IMG/VR virus record: IMGVR_UViG_3300013004_000028
DNA length: 64,000 nucleotides
Origin: an uncultured virus (IMG/VR IMGVR_UViG_3300013004_000028)
Lineage: Duplodnaviria; Heunggongvirae; Uroviricota; Caudoviricetes
Reading direction: 5' to 3' (one strand)
Shown here piece after piece: positions 50,048 to 60,700 of this stretch. The translations under genes were made by a program, and so were the position numbers. Positions within the stretch are counted from its first letter, which is position 1. Every line of letters begins with the position of its first letter. A model generated the notes under the pieces. It was not told the DNA's origin, ran no database searches, and was given only the letters and a program-made list of their open reading frames with translations.

Positions 50048-51744
50048 TATATTAATATGTTATCACTTTCAATTTTCTTTGTATAATAGTAATCAAAAGT
50101 AGCATTGAATGTGTTTTCGAAAGGATTAAAAGTATAATTCATATTTTTCAAAAAAACATTTTCAGCATAAACTCCCGATATAACTGTAGGTTTTTCAACT
50201 TTAGTAAAACACTCTGTTAAGTAATCTTCTATTTGTAAATTAGGTTTGCCTATAATTTTTATGGAATTAGAATAGGAACCTTCTGAAGATTGTCCAGCTG
50301 ATTGAATTATTTCATTTGAATTCGGCACAAGAAATTTATTATAAATGTGAACAGGTTTACTGTCTGAAATAGAATTAGTACAAAGAATAAAATTAGAATT
50401 TTCAGAATAATAAGATGGATTATTTGAATAAGTATTACTATAAGAAATTTCGCCATCAAACTCCTTGTAAGAAGTCGATTTATTATTTAAATAAAAATTG
50501 CCAGTTGGTTTGCATAAAAATTTATTTACTTTACTAGCCAAAGAAAATGTTCCACTTATTCTAGAGTAAATTTCTGGATAGCCTCCTGTGTAACCCGATA
50601 GTGCTAGATTAAATCTTTTTTCTTTATTTTGTGATCTACCTATATAAGAACCATTCTCTTCTATAGTGAAATAACCGTCTTCGTCTTTAGATGAAGATCT
50701 GGAATTGTTAAATATATAACCTGAATTTAAATATTGAGGATCATTAGTGTAAGAATAATTATATTGAACAGTTCCTTCTAATGGGTCTTCTTGTAAAGTT
50801 TTAGAAATTTCTGGATAAATCAAACTACAGGTTCCTGTATAAACATTCTGAAATCCTGTAATCAAATTAAAAGAACCTGATACTCTTTCATAAATTCCTG
50901 TTCTAACTGTATCCCATCTTGTTCTTGCTCCCATTAAGTTTCTTTCTATACCATCTCCACTAAATAAAATAGATTTTAAAGTTCCATTCTCTGAGGCTAC
51001 TATATTATTACCATTGAAATCTACTGAATGAGAAAATTCCCATGTCGCTGAATTATTATTATCATAATAACTTCTTTTAGTAAGTGAATACTCATTGTTA
51101 ATAGTATCACAACTTTCATTTGAATATGTTATATATCCGCTATAAATATTTCCAGTTATAATAGATGGAAATATACTTTCGATTCCTATATTCGGAATTC
51201 TATATTGAGAAAATCCTGAGAATATTTTATTTTTTAAATTTATTCTTGAATTTAAATCTAAAGGACTATCAATAGAAACAGAAATTTCTTGAGCTGTTTC
51301 TTGAATACCATTCGCATTCATTGAAATTGAAAATGATTCGTCTATAGATTTAACATATTTAAAATCGTTTTGAAAAATGCTTTTATCTATTTCTAGATAA
51401 TTATTGCCAGTTAAATTATATAGATTGCCAGAAGAGGGAATTTCAAAATTTAATGAAAAAACTTTATATTGCAAATCATTTCCTTCCTCCCAATTTAAAG
51501 AAGTTATTTTTCCTGTACCCAAATTAATACCATGCAATACAAAACTAGAATATCCAAATCCTGATTCTATAATATTTTTCATGCCTGTATATGCTACAGA
51601 AATAGAATTTAAATTGGAATCTCCTGTTACTCTAGATCTTATAGAATAACTATCCAATGATGAGAAACAGAATATATTTCCTAAAAAATTAAAAGTTTTA
51701 CTAAAAGAAAGAGATTCTATATCATTGAAATATAAAGTATTCAT
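50047..51744 (-). CDS. Putative tail structural protein
   Basis: Immediately downstream of the giant gene; internal repeats (EGTVQYNYSYTN / DGEISYSNTYSN); S/T-G rich. Confidence 0.55.
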   Translation of the reverse strand: MNTLYFNDIESLSFSKTFNFLGNIFCFSSLDSYSIRSRVTGDSNLNSISVAYTGMKNIIESGFGYSSFVLHGINLGTGKITSLNWEEGNDLQYKVFSLNFEIPSSGNLYNLTGNNYLEIDKSIFQNDFKYVKSIDESFSISMNANGIQETAQEISVSIDSPLDLNSRINLKNKIFSGFSQYRIPNIGIESIFPSIITGNIYSGYITYSNESCDTINNEYSLTKRSYYDNNNSATWEFSHSVDFNGNNIVASENGTLKSILFSGDGIERNLMGARTRWDTVRTGIYERVSGSFNLITGFQNVYTGTCSLIYPEISKTLQEDPLEGTVQYNYSYTNDPQYLNSGYIFNNSRSSSKDEDGYFTIEENGSYIGRSQNKEKRFNLALSGYTGGYPEIYSRISGTFSLASKVNKFLCKPTGNFYLNNKSTSYKEFDGEISYSNTYSNNPSYYSENSNFILCTNSISDSKPVHIYNKFLVPNSNEIIQSAGQSSEGSYSNSIKIIGKPNLQIEDYLTECFTKVEKPTVISGVYAENVFLKNMNYTFNPFENTFNATFDYYYTKKIESDNILI

Positions 51745-51756
51745 TTACTTAATATA

Positions 51757-51761
51757 TACAC
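51757..51761 (-). promoter_or_regulatory. GTGTA motif (putative late promoter)
   Basis: GAGTGTATATATTAAGTAAATG in the 23-bp gap upstream of 51744. Confidence 0.45.
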
Positions 51762-51767
51762 TCCATT

Positions 51768-54700
51768 CTAACCTGTTGTTGCTGGAGGCGCTTTGGTAGG
51801 AGGAGCAGCTGGAGGCGGTTTCCCCGCTGCACTAGCCACTTCTCTATTATGCTGTTCAACCATACCTATAATAGATGGTTTTAATTTTTCTATCATTTCA
51901 GGTGTAATCCCTTCTCCTGTTATATTCACACTTATCTGAGATGTAGTATTTACATTCGTAGTATTTACAACTCCTTGAGCACCTTGAGCGTTTTGACCTT
52001 CAGCTGCACCTTCTGTCGCGGCTCCTTGAGCATTAGTAAGTCCAGTCACAGCATCTACAAGAGGTTTTATAACTGCTCCTAGTTTATTCTCTTCCTCTTT
52101 TGTTTGAGCTATTTGTTTTTCTATTTGAGCTTTTTTACTCTTTTCATCTTTTACGTTTCCAACATTATTTAAATCTTCAAAAGTTTGACCTTCTTTTTTT
52201 GGTATAACTTTATTATAAGCATTTTTCAAAGCTCCACCTGTTTGTTCATCGGCCTCCTCTGCTGTAACCTCTCCTCGTATAAACTTATTAATGAAATCTG
52301 ATTTTTTTCCGTCATTATCCGGCCCCATATCAGCCATTGCTTCAAAGCCTACTTTACTTCTATCTCTTCTTTTCGCCTCTATATCTGCTATATTTTTATT
52401 TATAGGATCTAACTGAGCTTCTTGATCTTGTCTCTCTACAACTTTAGCATTATAAGCTTGAACTTTTTTCTTGTCTTCTGGTTTTTGTATTTGATCCATG
52501 ATAACAGGAGCTACTTGACCTTTAAATAGTTCATTGTTTATAGCTCCCATGTTCTGATCTGTAGCCCGAGCTACATCTTCAGTACCTTTTTTTACTTCAC
52601 CTCTTAATTGGGTTTCTTTTTCAGTATTTTTAGCTTTAGCCTGTAGCTCTTTCATTCTCTCTCTTTTCACTATATCCAAACCATCTTGTGGATCTGCTAA
52701 TATTTTTGTATCAGTCGCTTCTCTTGATTCTAATTCAGTTTTTCTAGCAATCTGTCCTTCACTAAGAGGCCCCATACGATCTAACTCCCTTAAATCTTGA
52801 AGCTCTAATTTATTGTCTTTAGCTTCTTTTCTAGTGTCTAATGTTTTTGCATCTGTAGCCTCTGTTAATTCTAATTGTTCTTTTCTTTTTTTATCACTAT
52901 CAGTAAGAGTTCCGTAAGGCTCTTTAGCTCTTAAAATATTAAGTTCTTTTCTATTACTTTCAGCTTTATCAAAACTTCTAGTTTCATCTTCAAGACCAGT
53001 AAGTTCTGTTTTTTCGTCTGCTGTAAGAGTTTTTCCTTTAAGAGAATCTAACTCAGTTTTCTTTTTATCTAATTTTTCTATTTTTGCAGCTACACCTTGT
53101 AAATTTTTATCTTTGCTACCTTTCAATTTAGCTACATAAGAAGCTCTTACTTTAGCAGGATCTTTAGCATCAGCTTTCTTTTGGGCCTCAGCTATCAATT
53201 GATCTTCTGATAAAGTTTTTTCATCTGTTTCTATTCCTTTTCTTAAGTCCGCTATTTTACCTTTAGGATCTAGTCTTGCTTTAAATTCTCCAAGTTTTTT
53301 CTTTTTATCTCGTATATCTTTAGGGTTTACTCCTTTCCATGGTTCGAAATCCGAATAACTTGTTAGCTCCATATCAGCTGAAGATGTAGCCTCTAGTTCC
53401 GCCTTTCTTTTTTGTGATTGTTCGGAAAGATTAGGTATCTTATTCAATGCTTCTAGTTCTTTTATATTACTGACAGATTTATCGTAAGCTGTAGTTTCTT
53501 TTTCTAAACTGGTAAATTGATTTGCTTCATCAGCAGAAAGCGGATTAACTTTCTCAAGAGATTTGATTTCATCTTTTTTAGCTTGTATTCCTTTTTTTAA
53601 TTCTTCTGGATCTCTTGGTGGTCCGACTCCTCTTCTAGATTGCAATAATTCAAGATAACCTTTTGGATCTGCCATTTGAGCTTGAGCAGTAACACTTTTT
53701 ATTTTATTATCAAGATCAATTTCTTTTTTAGCAGCCATATTAGCTTTCAAAGACTCTTCTTCTTTTTTTCTTTCTTCTGGTGTTAATGGAGTTAATTGCT
53801 CTTTTCCATCCTTTCCTTTCCTCATCACTCCGTTTTTAAGGTAATCTTGATTCTTTTTTATATTTTCGTCTATTTGCGCAGCATCTTGTAAAGGAGCTGT
53901 TCCTCTTTGTTTCTCTAAAGATTTTAAATATTGAACCGGATCTTCAGCCAATCCAGCTTTTACTCTTGCTGTTTCAGATTTATTTTTTATTCTAGCCGCA
54001 GTATTTTCAGCTTTATCTGATTTAAAACCGGCTAACTGTTCTTGTGCTTTTTTTACTTCCTCGGGAGACATTTTAACTCTTTCGATTTTTCCATCTTTAC
54101 CTTGTACCTGTCTCCCTTCTCTCAAGTCTTCCTCAACTCTTTGAATTCTCTCATCATCTTTTTTACCATCTCCTAAAACTTTTGCTGTCTCTTCTAATCC
54201 CTGAAGTCTTTTTACATTTATATCTGTTTCTTGAGGAGTTTTACTTTTTGTTTTAGCTGGTAATACAGCATCTTGAGTTAAAAATTTAGAACTTTCAGTA
54301 TTGTAACTTTCAGCAGCAGATATAGCGGCATCTATTCTTTCTCTCTTCGCGGCTAAAGTGGTATCAGATCTTTCTATTTCTTTTTCAAAATTTCGACCCG
54401 CATCTTTTTTTCTTTTAGTTAAATTACTTATCTGATTATCCTCCAGAGTAGTATCTAAACCCTGTTTAGCTTTTGCATCTTTTTTAGCTTGAGCCTCTTT
54501 AATTCTTTTTTCCACTGATACCTCATCCTCTTTAAAAGAGAATCCAGAGCTTTCTACTTGTGAAATATAAGCATTTCTAGCTGAGATTTCTTCTCTCGAT
54601 CTATCGTTTCCTCCTTCATCCATTAGAGTAGATGCTTTTAAATTTTCAAAATCAGTTTCTGTAGCTTTTCCGCTTTTCATCCTTTCTTGAAAACTTACTA

Positions 54701-57700
54701 GATCATCCATTACAAAATCTTGTTTAAGTGTGGCAGCTGTACCAGTATTTATTGTTCTCTGGTAATTTAAAGGAGTTTTTATTTTTTCAACAGCTTTTTG
54801 ATTATCTATAATTCTTTGTGGTTCACCTGCCTCTGCTACACTTCTTTCTTGTCTAAGCTGTACGTTTTTCGCTTTTTCAGCTTCAAAACTTTTATAATCT
54901 TGTGTTTGAGTTACCGCAGCTGATCTTCTTAATATATCAGCTTGTTCTGACCCTCTACCAGTTAATGATTTTGCAGTTATATTAGCTGTCGAGCTTGCAT
55001 AATTAGGCATAGCGGCGGAGCTAGGATTCATTGATGTGTTAGTTGCTGCAACACCACTACTAGGAACAGTTGTAACACCAGCTCCAGCTACGCTAGGAAC
55101 CGTTGGAACACTGGCTCCAGCTACGCTAGGAACAGTTGTAACGCCAGCTCCAGCTACGCTAGGAACCGTTGGAACACCAGCTCCAGCTACGTTAGGAACC
55201 ACTGGGAATCCAGCTCCAGCTGCGCCTGCACTCGCAGCTATTGGAACATTTGCTCCGGCTGAAGCTGCCATTTGGTTATTATTAGCAAAAATGCTATTTA
55301 CTCCACCAACTCCTTTTATTTCTCTAGCAAAACTTTGAACAGTAGAATCTTGAAAATAAGGATTATTAAATTTTTCATCTAACATTCTTTTAGATTCATC
55401 TGCTCCTGATCCTCCTATCTGTATACCTTCTGTAATTTTTTTTATAGATGCATCGGAAAAAATACTACCTTGATTAGATTTTGCTCTAGCCTTATTTAAA
55501 TCCCTCAATTTTTGGCCTATATCATCTGCCATAGTTTTTTGCAACTGTGCTTTCCCGGATCTTTCCTCGTTAGTTCTTTTAACTACATTATCTTTGCCGT
55601 ATCTTTCAGCTTGAGCTTGTTCATCTTCATATTTAATTCTATCATTCTGCATCTCTAAATTTGATGCTTCGACTAATAATTTTCTTCCTGTTTCAGTCTC
55701 TCCTCCGCCTGATCTTTCAGCTTTATCTCTTAATTTTTGTATTTTAGCATCTGTCTCTAATACTGCCCCAGTATTCATAAGTTTTTTAGTATATTGAGGG
55801 GGACCAGCTAAAGCACTTTTACCTATCTCAGCTAAATTCCTTCTTTGAGATTCTTTTAACTGGTCTTGAGATATTGTATTTATAGATCTTAAGCCATCGG
55901 CTTGATCTATTCTTAATTTTTCTATACCTAGTACAACTTCTTGATTTATATCAGCTATTTGGGATAAGATTTCTTTTGAGCCATCTGATGATCCTAAACT
56001 TTGCTTTATAAGACCTTCTAAAGATGAAAGATCTCCCCCTCCTTTTAATACAGAACTAGCTTGATTAAGAATATTTGATCTTTGTTCTATAGAAGCATTT
56101 TTTGGAATTAATGCTGTAAGCTGCTCCACTGCTTTAGAAACTATTTCAGTGCCTTTCTTTTCAGCATCTAAATTTAAGTCTTTTGTTTGAAGACTAGCTT
56201 GTCTATTTATACCCTCAGCTTCAGTAATTCTTCCCGATGCTCTATCCGAGTCTAGTCTGCTTTTTTCTATTGATAAATTAGTTCCCGCTGTTGAAAAATT
56301 CTTATAGTTTATCAATGCTGTATCTAAAGTTAAACCTTTCAATCCTTCATCAAAAACTTTTTGGAAGTCTAAGCTAAACCCTTGTATTCCTGTTTGCACA
56401 GTGTCATTCAGATTTTTATTAAAAGTCAAAAGCGCAGCTGCATATTTATCCATACTTTGTATAGAGCTATCTGTGAATTCTTTATTTAAATCTCCATAAG
56501 TTTTACTCGCCATTTTTACTTGAGACTCAGTTAGTCCTAACTCTGAACCGAATTGAGTTATAAAATCTCCCATACTTAAAGTCCCATTCCCCAATTTATC
56601 TATAGCCTCTGAAGCTTCTTTGGATTTAACTTTAGTAAAATCTATACTATCAATAATAGGATTTAAAAATGTGTCAAAATCTTCTGTTTTGAAATCTGAA
56701 GTTTTAGTTTTGTTGCCAAAAACACTAACATTTTCTTCTCTAGATTTCTTTATTATCTCAGAAGTAACCAAATTCCCTTGACTAAAATTCAGATCTTTAC
56801 TCTTCTTTTCTTGAAAATTTGCTATAGCTTCTTGTTTTTTTAAATCACTTTTTTCATTTAATATCGTAGAAATTAATTCCGGATCTTTAATCCCTCCTAA
56901 TGATTTAGCAAATGTGGATTGAGCTTTAGCTATCTTTTTTGGATCTCCTCCTGAAGTTTTTAATTCAGAAATTTCATTTTGAGATTTAATAGCTTCTTGC
57001 AAAGAAGTAATTTGAGATTCAGTGGATTGAATTAATTTTTGGTTGTTATTAGTCAATTCCAATGTAGATGGAACAGCAGCTTTAGTAGCTTTAGTGGCAT
57101 AATTAAAAGCCCCTGCGAGAACCCCTACAATAGGGGCAATAGGAGCTAGAGCCGGAACCATAGCTACCATCATTGCGGCTGAAGCTCCAGCTGCGATAGA
57201 TTCTCCTATATTCTGAACCTCCTTTTGAGCCTTTGTTTGCTCTTTTCCTTCCTCCGGCGTTGAAAACATCCCAGTTACAGTAGAAGCAGTAAAGGCTAAT
57301 CCCATCATTTTTGCATTGATAGCTCCAGCTTTTGCTGCTCTTTTCTCTTTTTTCTCTTGTTTGAGTTCTTGCGGAGTTTTTGTTACTTTATTATCTGAAT
57401 CGGGTAGATCTCCGCCCATAGGCATTCCTCCTCCCGCAGGCATTGCTCCTTGTTTCCCCCCCCCTTGTTGACCTCCTCCTTGCAAAATTCCACCTTTCTG
57501 GTTCGCGTTTAGTTCTTTTTGTTTAGCAAAATCAGCTTTGTATTCTTTTCTTATTGAACGTGATTCATTGTTTACGCTTCGTAATCTATTAGCTTTAGCT
57601 TTTCTTGCATCTTTTTCTACTTGAAATCTGTTCTCTATTTGAGTTCTTGGAAAACTTTGCATCCCTTTTCCTGCCCCTTGTATACCTTTCGTAGGTAAAA

Positions 57701-60700
57701 TCGGAGATCCAAGCTTACCTCCGGGAGTCATAATCCCAGCTGCCACTGATCTATTGTAAAGTCTATCAGCTCTGATAGAGTCTGCTTTTCTATTCCTTTC
57801 TTCTGATCCTACAATTTGACCATCTCTATTTCTGAACAATTTGCTTTGCCCTTGTCCTCCTTTTTTAAATGTATTTTCAACACCTTTCGCTCCTACTCTT
57901 CTTTTATTAATTCTATCTTGAGTAAGATTTTTTAATATCTCTTTTCTACTTACAAACTGGTTCTGTGCTGTAAGAGTCGGCTGATATCTCCCCGGAGCTT
58001 GAGGTAGTTTAGCCATCTGCGCTTTAGCATTAGTGTAGTCAATTTTTATATTTCTCCTTTTTCTATCAGCATTAGCTTTAGCATCTCTTTTAGCTTGATC
58101 TTGAGGGGAAATGCCTGCTTTTTTGATAGGCGCAGCATTTGTGCGAGAAGCTTTTTTTTCGGCTTCAGCAGCTTTTCTTTTAGCTTGGTTTCTTTGAAAA
58201 ATTTCTCTTGTAGCTTGAAAAGATCCTCCTAAACCTGATCTTAGACTACTGGGCAAAGCAGGTCTAGCTCTTACGGCTGCTACTTTTTGTTGAGCAGCTT
58301 GAGTTTTATCTTTTTTTTCCTGATCCTTGTCTGCATTCTTTTGTTTTGCTTCATTTCTTTTCCTTATTTTCTTTAAAGCTCTTTTCTCTTTGGGAGTCGC
58401 AAAATTAGGAATGAAACCTTCAGAAGAGGAATTAGGATTTTCTCTTGAAAAGCGAGAGCTTAAATAATCATCCACAGTTGGCACTATAACGCTCAAAGCT
58501 GTTCTGAGAGAAGGTAGATTGGCTCTTTGGACTGATGTTAATAGATTTCCTGTACTATATTGAACTTGATCTAAAACTTTTTTAAAAAATTCTATTTCAT
58601 CAGAAGAAATGTCGGGAGCTCCATCTATTTGAGATATAAGAAGTGATAAAGCATTTGTAGAAGTAGGAGTATTTAGCATACTTCTAATTTTTAAAGCCAA
58701 TGGACTATTAGCCGCAGTTTTTACTTTAGAGGCTCCTTGTCTTACCCTGTTCATTAATGAGGGTCTACGAACAGGAATTTCAAAATTAGGAATAAAACCA
58801 AAAGCTGAAGTTCTGCTTACCAATCCGCTTGAACTATCTCCATAAGTTCTTTTTGTTGTAGGCTCTATTTTCGCCATTTTGGCGAAACTCATCCCCTTGG
58901 ATAAAGTCTTTTCGTCCTTGTTAAAAACTGCAAGACCTTTTGGGTTAGATTTTGTTTTTAAACTAGCTCTTCTCCCAATCTTAACATCTTTTCTTTCAAA
59001 ACCCGCACTCATTTCCGCGTTTACGGATTCATTTAAAGCTTTTCTTTCTTGTGCATAAGGAATTTTTGCAGGGGAAAGCCGAGAAAAGAAATTAGGAATA
59101 AAGCCTTTTGCAAAAGAAGTCGGTTTACCTCTCAATCCTAATCCTTGAATACTATATCCTCTACCTCTTTTTTTATTTGGATTTTTAGAACCCCTTATAT
59201 CGTCACTTTTTTCGTCAAATCTTTTCGATAGGGGAATTAAATTTCCGTCATCATCATACTCTACTAAAGCAGCTGATTTGATTTGTGAGGCATTCGGAAC
59301 AACTAGCTCAGAAGACATAGTTTTTTCTTGAAGTGTTCTTCCTGCTATTCCCCTTATTGAGTCATAGGGTATTTTACCCTCCTTCATTAAAATAGCTGTA
59401 CCTATTTTGTATTTTTCATTTTTTGCACTTCTTGATCTTAAAGTGGAAAGAAGCAATGAACGATTACTAATTTTAGCTATTTCTTCAGGACTTAAGTGGC
59501 CGTATTTGCCGAGTTTAGCGTAAGCATCATTGATAGCTATCTCATAATTGACTCTAGCATTTAAATAAGGCATAAACTCATCAGGCAAATTTCCCGTTAA
59601 AGGTTTTTGAGCTTTTACATATACTTCGTCTTTCCTAAATTGAACATCACTAGCTTTTAATCCTAATGCTTTGAGTCTGTCTTCATGTGGTTTTGAATTT
59701 ACAGATACATCTGACCCACCAATAGATAAAGAAGCATCTTCAGCAGTATAATATCCCGGACCAAAATTTAGATCTTTAATCTCTGAACGCAACGGAACCC
59801 CTTTATTATAAAAACCTAATCTAACCCCTTTTCTATTGTATGGGGAATCTTGAGCTTCTTTTTCAACCATCTTCTTCAAAAGATCTGTATTATTTTTCTC
59901 TACAGCTTCTTTATACATTTTATCTTTTTCTGAAGAGAAATCAAAAGCTGGAGTTTTACTTATTTTAGCTAAACTAGATTCAACTTTTTCTCTTCCGTAT
60001 TTTGCAATTAAGAAGTCATAAGTTTTTCTATCTATATTTCTGGCAAGATTCTTTCCAGATTTTTTATTTCCAACAACGTCTCTAAAAAATGTTTTGTCGG
60101 AAGCAAGAGAAGGAGTTGCGAAATTAGGAATAAAACCTCTTGAATTAGTTTTTTTGCTATACTCATTAACTTGATTTTTTAAATTTGGATCAATTACATT
60201 TGTATATCCGGCATCTATAATAGTAGCTTTACCTCCAGATTTAACAAACTTGTCGTATAAATCCTGACTTGATTCAGGTACTTTATAGTACTTAACATAG
60301 TCCTTAAGCAAATTATTTTTATTTTCTTCAATAAATTTTCGACCTTGAGGATTTAAAGTATAATTGGCCCCATGAAGGTCATCCATTTCCAACCCAGCTT
60401 TTTTTAATCGGGCTTGCAAAATACGCCCGAAAACTCCAGAAGCCGCTATACCAACAGAGTCACGAGCCATTGGTTCTTTAATGATCTCTTTCCGAATGCT
60501 TTTAGCTCGCAATGCTCTTTCTAAATTATCTGGAATTTTAGGTCCTGTAATTCCGTCAACTAGTCTTTTTTCAGCTAATAATTTTGATACTGTAAACTCA
60601 TCTGTTATTGTTTTTGGTAAATTAGATTCAGATTTGACGTTTGCTGTTTTTGTGTCTTTTTTTGTTTCAAATCCTGCAAAAATTCCAGCTGACGAAGAGG

